Shown here: piece by piece, positions 1 through 11,406 of the stretch | How the letters are laid out: every line of letters begins with the position of its first letter | How positions within the stretch are numbered: position 1 is the stretch's first letter | Assembly: GCA_951406725.2 (NCBI GenBank) | Contig: OX597818.1 | Location: 310,001-374,000, forward strand | Length of the DNA: 64,000 bases | Source: Octopus vulgaris | Lineage: Eukaryota | Direction: 5' to 3' | Position numbers and translations under genes: made by a program | The notes under the pieces: model-generated | What the model saw: only the letters and a program-made list of their open reading frames with translations | The model's database searches: none | Told to the model about the DNA's origin: nothing

Positions 1-1000
1 TTTTCAATGAAGAATGTTTCCTTGTTCAGTCTCATTTGTGTTGATGATCCGAAAGCACATTGGTAAAATGGGAAGATTAAAAATTGTGGCAGTAGTTGCT
101 TTGCGCATTTCTCAATGTGCTCACTAAAAGGTATCATTCTATATTCTGGGAATGCAATCTGTTGTCGATGCAGTGTGCATCTGTGCCTGAGTGATAGTCC
201 CGTGGAACCCACGTAGTCTTGGTGGCAGCCCGAGCATTTAATAACATAAATTATGTTTTCAGAGGCACAAGTAAAGTTAGATTTGATCTTAAATTTCTGT
301 CCTTCTTTAAAGAAGAATTCTGATCCTTCCAATAGGTTAGGACATGTTGCACAGTTCGATCTACCACATTTTTTTACTTTTGCATCCGTAATTTTAGAAG
401 ACAATTTTGCCTTTGTGAGAATCTTTTTAAGTGATTTAGGCTGTTTGTAGCTTTTAATGATTTGGTGTATGTTTAGAATTTCCTTTAATTTTGGGTTTTT
501 ATGAAGTATTGGTAAATTCTGGGTGATGATGGTGAAGGCTTCTTTGTTTCTGGGGTTGTATGTAGATATGTAAGGTAGTATTTTCGGGGAAGGTGTGTTG
601 TTGTGTTGAACTTTTCTTAAAGTTTCTATGTTGATTTCTGTTGCACGTCTGATCCCATCCTCTATGAGTTGAGCTGGGTAATGTCTGTCAATTAGGGTGT
701 TTTTGAGTTCTTGCAGTCTAAAGTTCCTGGTATTTTGTTCTGACACTATTGTGCATATCCTTCTTGCAAGGTTGAAGGGGATGTTTGTTTTAGTGTGTCT
801 TGGGTGGCATGAATTAAAAAGAAGGTATTGTTTGGCGTCTGTGGCTTTGTAAAAAATGTCTGTTTCTATTTTAAGGTTAATTTTTTTAATTAGTATATCC
901 AAGAACGGGAGCTCCTTTTGGTTGTATTCCATTGTGAACTGTATATTTGGGTTTATGCTGTTCAATAGGTTTTTAAATTTTAGGAGTTTATCTATGTTTA
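1..1000 (-). mobile_element. 5'-truncated Penelope-like retroelement (Neptune-type): RT C-terminus/thumb, Cys linker and GIY-YIG endonuclease; frame stays open off the left edge of the window
   Basis: Manual minus-strand translation has no stop from ~1000 to 1: ...[26 protein letters not shown]...[43 protein letters not shown]...KKCGRSNCATCPNL...NFTCASENIIYVIKCSGCHQDYVGSTGLSLRHRCTLHRQQI...RLNKETFFIE. These are the PLE hallmarks (FT.E, LPFLD, Y.K.T, S.HP; IIY...YVG; C-x3-CxxC linker). It is missing from the ORF track, probably because no stop codon falls inside the window. Confidence 0.93.
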
Positions 1001-1440
<440 letters not shown>

Positions 1441-1526
1441 ACTTAGAATAACTTAGAAAGGTTTTTGGCCAGTATTGGCCCAGGCCATGTCTAACTTAAT
1501 AGCACCACCTGGCGAAGTCTTTCAGT

Positions 1527-4500
1527 TCAGGATTTGGGCACCAAGGCCCATTCGAGCAGAGAGTTATTGTTTGCGGAGACATATCCGGGTGTGGATGGTT
1601 TGTCCGGTACTGTTTGAAGGAATTTGTCCAAAGACTTCTTGAATTTTGTGTGGTCAGTTTCTTTTTTGACGTGTCCTGGTGTAATGTTGAAGAGAGCGGG
1701 TCCAATTGAGGTGAAATAGTTGTGCCGTATTGTCGTTATGTGATGCGATTTAGATTTTTGTTGTGGACGGATGGCACGTGGTCCAAGTCTTGGATGCATT
1801 TTGAAGGTGATGCCAACATCATTCGGACAGTGCTGATGGAATATTTTCCACATCATACAGATAATGTAGCGTTCACGGCGTCGTTGGAGTGAATACAATT
1901 TCAGCTTCTCTAGTCTACCCCAGTAGTCAAGGTCTGACATGCCATCTATCTTTTTTGTGATTGACCTTTGGGGAGCTTCAATTCTCATAATATTTTGTTT
2001 TGTGTAGGGAGACCACAGTGGACAGCAGTATTCAAGGTGGGGTCGGGCAAAAGTGGAGAAGAGAAGGATAATAGCGTGGGAATCTCTCGACTGGAAGGTT
2101 CTGAGAATCCAGGAACACATTCTGCGGGCCATGTCAACTTTGCTGCTTATATGTGTAGCCCAGCTTATGTTGTTGTCCACTGTTACTCCCAGGTCTCTGA
2201 TGTTGTTGGATGCCATGAGAATTTCTCCAGAAGGAAGAGAGTATGGGAGTTTCAGAGCGTCCTCCCTTCCAAAGTGGATCAGTTCGAATTTGTCTTCATT
2301 TAGCAACATGTTATTCTTTTCCGCCCATTGGACAACAGCTAGTAGGTCTGACTGAAGGTTTATTCGGTCATCCACGCCATTGATGACCTTCTGGAGCTTG
2401 GAATCATCAGCGAAGGTTCTGATGTTGCTGTGTTTGATGGTGTCAGTAATATCATTTATGTAGATGATGAAGAGAAGTGGGCCCAACACAGTGCCTTGTG
2501 GGACACCACTGCTGACTTTGGCTGGGCTGGATTTGACTCCTTCGACTACAACATGTTGGGTTCTGTTAGAGAGGAAGCACTTGATCCATTGCAGCAGCTT
2601 TCCAGTGACACCAATATTGGACAGCTTTCTCAGAAGGATCTTATGATCAACCCTGTCAAAGGCCTTGCTGAAATCAAGGTAGATGACATCAGTGTTGGAA
2701 CCCTCTCCCAAGGCTCTCAAAATGTCATCAAAATGATGCAGTAGCTGCGTCAGGCAATCTCTCCCATTACGGAATCCATGCTGGTTGGGGTTCAGCATAT
2801 TATGACTCTCAAGGAAGTGAGTCATACGCGATCTCAGCACCCTCTCAAATACCTTGATGATATGAGAGGTGAGTGAGATTGGACGGTAATTCACGGCAAG
2901 CGATTTGTTTCCTTTTTTGAAAACTGGGATAACAGACTGGGATAGAAGGTCTTCTGGTATATATCCAGCATCCAATGAGTTCCGCCACAGATTGGCTAGA
3001 GGGAGTGCAAGTTGGTTTTGACACATCTTCAAGACACAAGCAGGGAACCTATCGGGACCTACTGCTGAATTATGCTTCATTTCCTTTATTGCTGCTAAGA
3101 CATCAGGAGCGCCAAATGTTATGTCCGATAAAGTGTATTGGGGAGTAACATCACTGATACAGCCCAGATCAGTCATATCAGGATTGCTGAAAACAGAGCA
3201 ATATTGTTTCTGCAATATTTCTCCCATGGTTTTGGCATTGTCTTGAAGAATACCATTTTCATCAATCAGAGGGCCAACAGTAGAACCAGTGACTCTGTGT
3301 TTTTTTGCAAATGAAAAGAACACTTTGGGATTGAGTTTGATCTTCTCAATGGCCCAGGCCTCTTCAGCTCTTCGCTGACTATTGATGATAGACATCATGT
3401 TGTTTTGGAGTTTATGTTTTTTAATCTCTAGCGACGAGATGGCAGTCAGGTTGGTGTGTTGCTGTTGACAGTATTTCAGCATGTTGATCTTTTTGTTGAT
3501 TCTTTTAATTTTCCTTATGAGAGATTTTCTATTTCTAGGGATTCGACACTTAGATTTGTTTGCAGATCTTAATGGGGTGTGTCTTGCACATATGTTCGTG
3601 ATGGTGTCTACAAGTGACTGCCAGGACTTTTTGATGTTAGTGGGTGTGTATGTGTGCGTGAAGGACCAATCGACTTGTGCAAGATCATTATTGATCGCTT
3701 CCCAGTTTGCATTGTGGAAATCCATAGTGTCAAATGGATGAACAGGAGGGATGACATTTGTTTTGCATTTTGGCCAGTGAAATCTCAGATCACAGAGAAC
3801 CATGTCATGGTCGGAGAGTAGGGTTTTCTCCACTGCAATATTGTGGATAGTATCAGTGTGATTGCTGAAAATTAAGTCTAAGACGTTTTTGTGACATCTC
3901 GTTGGTTCGAGTACCAGTTGGGACAAGAAGAAGTCATCCATGAAGTCAAGAAGCGATTCCACTGCCTCCCTGTCAGGGGTTGAGAGAGAAGAACCTGGCG
4001 GCAGACTGTTTGTAGACCAGTCAACCCCGGGAAGGTTGAAATCTCCCATCATTAAAATGTCAGGTTGACACTGCTGAATGAAACACTTTATGCTGTTGAG
4101 GCATTCCTTGAAGCATGGTAGGGGCGTTTGGGGTGGTCTGTAGAGCCCAACTACTGTTAAGTTGTTGGTTTGACTGAATACAGCGACTGCTTCGCAGTAT
4201 CCATTCGAAAATATGTTCATGGCTTCTGTTGAGAATGAATCATGGACATAAATGGCAGTCCCACCCTTTCTTCTGCCAACACGATCAGCACGAATGGTTT
4301 TGAAATTTTTAACTTTCACCTCGGCTTCCAAGTGGAGGTCACTAAGATGGGTTTCAGTGAGGACGAAGAAAGGGATGTGGTTTGGATGGGCCTCGACCCA
4401 GTCCTCCAGGAATCTTATCTTCCATTTTTGTGTATTGGTGGAAGGGCTGATGCCTTGGGCATTAAGCAGAAATGTTGAGGCGAGAGTGGATGGTTTTAAT

Positions 4501-4541
4501 TGTTTTGGTGATTTGTTTATTTGATTGCTTTTTAATGGCAT
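1527..4541 (-). CDS. LINE ORF2: AP-endonuclease + reverse transcriptase, intact (~1004 aa from the ATG at 4541; frame open up to 5315)
   Basis: APE motifs (LNAQG, VLTETHL, RADR..RKGGTAIYV, LYRPP, MGDFNLP, LDLIFSN, SDH) and RT motifs ([48 protein letters not shown]). The C-terminus LEKLKLYSLQRRRER is CR1-like. Confidence 0.95.
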   Translation of the reverse strand: MPLKSNQINKSPKQLKPSTLASTFLLNAQGISPSTNTQKWKIRFLEDWVEAHPNHIPFFVLTETHLSDLHLEAEVKVKNFKTIRADRVGRRKGGTAIYVHDSFSTEAMNIFSNGYCEAVAVFSQTNNLTVVGLYRPPQTPLPCFKECLNSIKCFIQQCQPDILMMGDFNLPGVDWSTNSLPPGSSLSTPDREAVESLLDFMDDFFLSQLVLEPTRCHKNVLDLIFSNHTDTIHNIAVEKTLLSDHDMVLCDLRFHWPKCKTNVIPPVHPFDTMDFHNANWEAINNDLAQVDWSFTHTYTPTNIKKSWQSLVDTITNICARHTPLRSANKSKCRIPRNRKSLIRKIKRINKKINMLKYCQQQHTNLTAISSLEIKKHKLQNNMMSIINSQRRAEEAWAIEKIKLNPKVFFSFAKKHRVTGSTVGPLIDENGILQDNAKTMGEILQKQYCSVFSNPDMTDLGCISDVTPQYTLSDITFGAPDVLAAIKEMKHNSAVGPDRFPACVLKMCQNQLALPLANLWRNSLDAGYIPEDLLSQSVIPVFKKGNKSLAVNYRPISLTSHIIKVFERVLRSRMTHFLESHNMLNPNQHGFRNGRDCLTQLLHHFDDILRALGEGSNTDVIYLDFSKAFDRVDHKILLRKLSNIGVTGKLLQWIKCFLSNRTQHVVVEGVKSSPAKVSSGVPQGTVLGPLLFIIYINDITDTIKHSNIRTFADDSKLQKVINGVDDRINLQSDLLAVVQWAEKNNMLLNEDKFELIHFGREDALKLPYSLPSGEILMASNNIRDLGVTVDNNISWATHISSKVDMARRMCSWILRTFQSRDSHAIILLFSTFARPHLEYCCPLWSPYTKQNIMRIEAPQRSITKKIDGMSDLDYWGRLEKLKLYSLQRRRERYIICMMWKIFHQHCPNDVGITFKMHPRLGPRAIRPQQKSKSHHITTIRHNYFTSIGPALFNITPGHVKKETDHTKFKKSLDKFLQTVPDKPSTPGYVSANNNSLLEWALVPKS

Positions 4542-4623
4542 GTGTAGTGGGGTAATAGTGGTGGATGGCGGTGGGTGATAGCTCGGATGTTTTTTTCCAG
4601 TTCTTTTGCTAGATTCATTATAG

Positions 4624-5493
4624 CTAAAAAGAGGAAGAAGAGGTGGTTTCCTGTCTAGGGAACCGCAGGTGACTGTGGCCGCGGCTATTTTTATGTGAGT
4701 GGTTATCTTTAAATGTCCGACGAGTCCCCGGGAGATGGGTAAAGGGGCAATCCCTGTGCAAACACAATCTGTCTCGCTGGGAATAGCGGCAGATTTGGGG
4801 ATTCCTTGTTTGAGATATTGGTGGTTGTGGTGATGTTGTATTATGGTGGTTGCTGTTGTAGTTTGTGGGGATAGAGCGTTTTGTTCCAGGTAAATGGGTG
4901 AATTTGCAGTCTCTATCAGTGCACAGTCTATGGCGAAGAGAATATCGGCAAATGATGGGGTTTCGAGTGGGTGTGTAGGTGCGTGTATGTGTGTGAGCTG
5001 TGAAAGGTGTAGATGATAGTTTGAAGTTTTGGCGACCTTTGTGACCTGTAGGAGGTAAATTCCTTGAGATAGCATTAGTAGTAGTAGCTGTAGTAGTAGT
5101 AGTAGTAGGCAGAAGAGATGTTGACAGTGGTAATGATTGAGGAGGTCGATTCCAAGACAAAGATGTTTGTCGATATATAGTGGGAGTAGTACTAGTAGTA
5201 GTAAGCAGAGGAGATGGTGTTGACAATGATGATGATTGAGCTGCTGGGGCAGTGAAAGGAAGGGGTGGTGCTTCCTGCTGTGTGACCCTGATGACTGGGG
5301 GGTCAATCGTTTCATTTAGCAAATCAGCCATTGTAGATGAATCAAGGAGTGGTTCATCCTGTTGTTGTTGTTGAGGTTGTTGCCTCTGAGGTTGTTGCTG
5401 CTGAAGTTGTTGTTGTTGCTGTAACTGTTGTTGTTGTTGTTGTTGCCGCTGAGTTTGTTGTTGTTGTTGTTGTTGCGCCGGTGATGCGTTCAA
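4624..5493 (-). CDS. LINE ORF1-like protein (possibly 5'-truncated): polyQ/Thr-rich, with two tandem CCCH zinc fingers
   Basis: CRYSLRHRLCTDRDCKFTH and CRYSQRDRLCLHRDCPFTH (C-x8-C-x4-C-x3-H, twice). It lies directly upstream of ORF2. The listed start is TTG, so the true start is uncertain. Confidence 0.75.
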   Translation of the reverse strand: MNASPAQQQQQQQTQRQQQQQQQLQQQQQLQQQQPQRQQPQQQQQDEPLLDSSTMADLLNETIDPPVIRVTQQEAPPLPFTAPAAQSSSLSTPSPLLTTTSTTPTIYRQTSLSWNRPPQSLPLSTSLLPTTTTTTATTTNAISRNLPPTGHKGRQNFKLSSTPFTAHTHTRTYTPTRNPIICRYSLRHRLCTDRDCKFTHLPGTKRSIPTNYNSNHHNTTSPQPPISQTRNPQICRYSQRDRLCLHRDCPFTHLPGTRRTFKDNHSHKNSRGHSHLRFPRQETTSSSSF

Positions 5494-5546
5494 AGAGAAA
5501 ACACATCTCAGTTTATCGAAGTGTTTATTTATTAATTATATATTAA

Positions 5547-7020
<1,474 letters not shown>

Positions 7021-8930
7021 TAAGTGTGCCATCCTTTTAGGGCCACTCCTCGAAAAGGATGGCACACTTACAGGAAAACCAATGAGGGTAAGTGAAATAC
7101 TAAATGAGCAATTCAAGAGTGTTTTCACTCCACCCCTTGGGCATCTCCAAATCACCAATCCAACTGACTTTTTTACCACTGCAGATATAAAATCAGAGGC
7201 GGCGACGATAGATTACATCGATATAAAGGAAGACGATGTAACCAAGGCTATAGATGAAATGAAAACAGACTCAGCTACTGGCCCCGATGGATTCCCGGCA
7301 ATCCTCCTAAAAGCATGTAAGAGAGTCCTAGCAAGACCACTGCAGTTCCTCTTTCAGAGCTTCCTTGCAGCTGGCAAACTTCCAGGAAAACTGAAGGAAG
7401 GTAAAATATGCCCCATTCATAAAGGAGGTAGCAGAGCGGAAGCCAAGAACTATAGACCTATCTCTCTGACCTCACACATCAGCAAGGTCATGGAACGAAT
7501 AGTCAGAAGGAAGCTGATCACCTTCCTTGAAGAGAATGACTTGCTGCCCGACACCCAACATGGTTTCCGACCAGGGAGAAGCTGTTTAACTCAGCTCCTA
7601 CAACACTATGACTGGGTGCTGAAACGGCTGCTCAACCACTCAAATGTGGAAGTGATATATCTCGACTTTGCAAAGGCCTTTGATAAAGTCGATCATGGAA
7701 TGATATGTCACAAACTGCGTGATCTCAACATAGTTGGAAAACTGGGAGAATGGCTTCATGACTTTCTGAAGGATAGAAGTCAGGTGGTAGTAGCCAATGG
7801 GGCCACCTCCATTAACACACAAATAGTGAGCGGTGTTCCGCAGGGCACTGTTCTGGGACCACTACTGTTCATAATGGCCCTCTCAGACATGCCCTCAGCC
7901 ACGCAGAGAGCCACGATCACAAGTTATGCAGATGATACAAAAGTTTCACAGGCAATACAGAACCCTGAGGACATTAAACACCTGCAATGTGAGCTGGACG
8001 AAATATACAAGTGGGCTGAAAAGAATAGCATGCAGTTCAATGCTGGAAAGTTTCAAGCTTTATACTATCAGCATGCAAAACTGAATGCAATACCCAATGA
8101 ATACACTGGACCCGGAGGGATTGCAATCCCAGAGGCACAATCAGTGCGTGACCTGGGTATTCACATGAGTGATGACGCGACCTTTCATGTACATGTTGCT
8201 AAACTGACAATGAAATGTAGACGGCTGGCTGGATGGATTCTTAGAACCTTTAGAACAAGAGAACAAGAAACCATGATGGTCCTCTGGAAGACACTTGTCC
8301 TAAGCCACTTTGACTATTGCTCTCAGCTATGGTCACCATCCAGTGTCAAGTTGATCACAGAACTTGAGGCGATCCAACGAAGCTACACAAAGAAGATAGC
8401 CTCTATGCAGAATGTAAGCTACTGGGAAAGACTCAAGAGATTAAAATTATATTCCCTGGAGCGTAGGCGGGAAAGATATGCCATAATATACATCTGGAAG
8501 ATCCTGGAGGGAAGTGTCCTGAACTTTGGCATCGAGAGTTACGCAAATGCCAGAACTGGGCGCCACTGCGTGGTGCCTAGGACTCCAAATTTGCCATCAA
8601 GATGTAGGACAAGATTCTGTGATAGCCTGGGCTTCCGAGGCCCACAGCTCTTCAATATCCTCCCGAAGAACCTGAGAGACCTGCATGGGGTGGATACAGA
8701 TGTCTTTAAAATGAAGCTGGATCTCTTCCTGTTAGGTGTCCCAGATGAACCAACTTCACGGCAGGAGGGGCAGATGAGGGCAACTGCATCGAACTCTCTC
8801 ATGCACCAAATAGCAGTTGCTAGAAAGCCTCCATGAAGTGAAACCAAGTAGCAACACCAAATGGCGGTGCCCCAACATGGCCACAGCTCATAAGCTGAAA
8901 CTAGAATCAATCAATCAATCAATCAATCAT
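7021..8930 (+). mobile_element. 5'-truncated CR1-group LINE with uninterrupted RT ORF (7082-8836) and (AATC)n tail
   Basis: [64 protein letters not shown]. 3'UTR GGCGGTGCCCCAACATGGCCACAGCTCATAAGCTGAAACTAG(AATC)n. Confidence 0.95.
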
Positions 8931-8938
8931 ACACATAT

Positions 8939-9167
<229 letters not shown>

Positions 9168-9353
9168 ACTTATTCTATCTGTTTCCTTTGTCAAACCACT
9201 AGGTGACAGGGATGTAAACAAACCAACATTCGTTGTCAAGCAGTGGTGGAGGACAATCACAAGCACAGACACGCACACACACACACACATACATGCATAC
9301 ACATATACACACATACATACATACATATATATATATATGTGTGTATATATATA

Positions 9354-9611
9354 TTGCAGCGTGGAAGGTGTTTGTAAGCCATTTAAGAAACACACAAAAA
9401 CCGTTAGATTCACTTCAACATTTAAATTTAATTTGCCAAAATATTTTCCTCGCTTTGAGACCGCGACCTGTTCACTGACAAAAATATCGTGCTAACAGGT
9501 CGCGGTCTCAAAGCGACGAAAATATTTTGACAAATTAAATTTAAATGTTGAAGTGAATCTAACGGTTTTGTGTGTTTCTTAAATGGCTTATAAACACCTT
9601 CAACGCTGCAA
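9354..9611. repeat. ~120 bp inverted repeat (fold-back) carrying a hammerhead-like motif; Penelope-type terminal repeat
   Basis: Left arm TTGCAGCGTGGAAGGTGTTT...CCGCGACCTGTT is the reverse complement of right arm AACAGGTCGCGG...AAACACCTTCAACGCTGCAA, with a ~20 nt spacer. Confidence 0.9.
9432..9482 (-). ncRNA. Type I hammerhead ribozyme-like motif with G3-C8 swapped core (GUGAACA)
   Basis: Minus strand: TTTGTCA-GTGAACA-G-GTCGC ggtctcaaa GCGA(g)-GAAA-ATAT-T-T-TGGCAAA. The right arm supplies the perfectly pairing GCGAC and TGACAAA. Stem III is the palindrome AATATT. Confidence 0.6.
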
Positions 9612-9683
9612 CTGTTTTCGTTCCAGCACACGATCTCAGATCAAGTCACTTGCTATGCAAGTACATCTCTGTAACTATATATA

Positions 9684-9720
<37 letters not shown>

Positions 9721-9783
9721 TGGTAAAAACAGTAAGATAACAAAAGAAAGAAAGAGACCTCAATATTATGTAAATAGAGGAAA

Positions 9784-10177
9784 TCTTTATATATAAAAGT
9801 GAGGTTGTGTGTCTGTCTCCTACGATTTAGATTCCTAACTACTCCCACATTTTGCGGTGCAGTTTAACCAAAACCGGGTATCTTATAGTCGTCATTTATA
9901 TCGAGACCCTCTGGGTATTAGTGCGCGTCTACGATGAGTCTACGATTTTAAAAAAAATTTACCATCAATTTTTCCCATTTTTAATCCATTTTTGACATAT
10001 ATAAGGGAAGTAACTCTCTAAAATTTATTATTAAATCTCAGAACGTAAAAAGCTACAGTAACACCCCTCCCCCTTTGTGGTTAGCCATATTGAGATGGCT
10101 ATTATACTTTACATCTCTAAAAATGCTTATATAATTATTTCCCTTACAAACCCGAGCAACGCCGGGCGATACTGCTA

Positions 10178-10178
<1 letters not shown>
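9784..10178 (+). mobile_element. Non-autonomous Helitron, ~395 bp
   Basis: 5' TC(TTTATATATAAAA), subterminal hairpin CCCGAGCAACGCCGGG (10151-10166), 3' CTAG (10175-10178), inserted between A and T, no TSD. Confidence 0.85.
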
Positions 10179-10216
<38 letters not shown>

Positions 10217-10313
10217 TTTATATAGACATATATTTATATATATATAGATATATATATATATATAGACATATATTTATATACTTTATTTAAAGCAGCAGAA
10301 AATTCAACAAAAT

Positions 10314-10351
10314 CTGTTACTCTGAGTTTCTCGTTGCCGTTCATCAGACAG
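10314..10351 (-). ncRNA. Minimal type I hammerhead ribozyme (family also at 18616, 33971, 34028)
   Basis: CTGT-CTGATGA-aCG GCAA CGa-GAAA-CTCAGAG-TA-ACAG; GUA cleavage triplet; one mismatch at the base of stem II. Confidence 0.75.
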
Positions 10352-10886
10352 TTTTTGTTAGAATGGAACCGATATATCAATTCAATCCAGACTCTTACAA
10401 ACCCTACACCTTTAAAAAAATGGACTTGTTTGATTGGCCCTTTAGAAATAACGGTCAATCTTCGAGCGATAAACAAAAAATGAGCTCAAAAATATATATG
10501 TATATATATATAAAAAAATTATAAAAATTATAAAATTCGAGGAAAAACCTTACATTGAATAAAATACATATTGACGTTAATGAAGGAAATATAATTAATA
10601 CATGGAAATTAAAATGCATTATAAATATTACACTGCAATACATATTCATATTAAAGTGTACATATATATATCAACATACACAGAAGGATGCGTGCAAACA
10701 CCATACATATACAGACATATAAATATGTGTTTACTCCGGTATATATATATACATTTATGTTATATAGAGGGCATTATTACACATAAATGCCACACGCTAG
10801 GAGGGACTCTTAAAGTCAAAACTACCAAAATAAACATATCGTACTGAATGCTAGTCTTAAATCAAGTCATTTAAAAACAGAATTTA

Positions 10887-10950
10887 GCCGCAGATCACCA
10901 GTGATTTCGTAATCAATGCAGTGGCTGCGTCCCTTACTCATCAGTACAGC
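10887..10950 (-). ncRNA. Type I hammerhead ribozyme, intact core
   Basis: GCTGTA-CTGATGA-GTAA...TTAC-GAAA-TCAC TG GTGA-TC-TGCGGC. Confidence 0.85.
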
Positions 10951-11148
10951 AAATTCAAAATTTTTCACCGGAATAATTCAATACTGAATTTTTATTCCGA
11001 ATAAGCACGTTGTTATCGAAATGCAATTCGAAAAAGCCCGCCATTTACATAGATGTATAAGGGGTGAACAGTTCTATATGCTACAGTGGATACGATGGTT
11101 GTTCGTCTGGTATGTTGATTTTGTTCATTCATTATAAATCTTGAATTC

Positions 11149-11212
11149 GCTGTACTGATGAGTAAGGGACGCAGCCACTGCATTGATTACGAAATCACAG
11201 GTGATCTGCAGC
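11149..11212 (+). ncRNA. Type I hammerhead ribozyme, intact core; predicted cleavage after C11206 (AUC)
   Basis: GCTGTA-CTGATGA-GTAA gggacgcagccactgcattga TTAC-GAAA-TCAC AG GTGA-TC-TGCAGC; all three stems pair. Confidence 0.88.
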
Positions 11213-11355
11213 TAAATTCTGTTTTTAAATGACTTGCTTCAAGACTTGCATTCAGTACGATATATTCAAGGGAAAAATTTACAGATTTTTTTCTCTTATG
11301 AGGTTTTTCACGCTAACTACTTGATAATTTCTTATGAAGATTTTGTCCTATTTTT

Positions 11356-11401
<46 letters not shown>

Positions 11402-11406
<5 letters not shown>

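Larger units (their letters stand above)
1441..5546 (-). mobile_element. Near full-length CR1-group non-LTR retrotransposon (ORF1 + ORF2 + 3'UTR with TTCTAAGTTA-type tail), flanked by (TA)n on both sides
   Basis: Contains the two ORFs below. The 3'UTR on the minus strand reads ...CATGGCCTGGGCCAATACTGGCCAAAAACCTTTCTAAGTTATTCTAAGT and runs into (TA)n. Confidence 0.93.
10836..11263. repeat. ~130 bp inverted repeats around a ~170 bp spacer, each arm containing a hammerhead
   Basis: 10836-~10965 is the reverse complement of ~11134-11263 with few mismatches. Confidence 0.9.

Noticed and set aside
4542-5315. His/Leu-rich N-terminal 258 aa of the 1262-aa ORF as a real domain
   Set aside because: It is the alternative-frame reading of the low-complexity ORF1; recognisable APE sequence begins only after ~4500.
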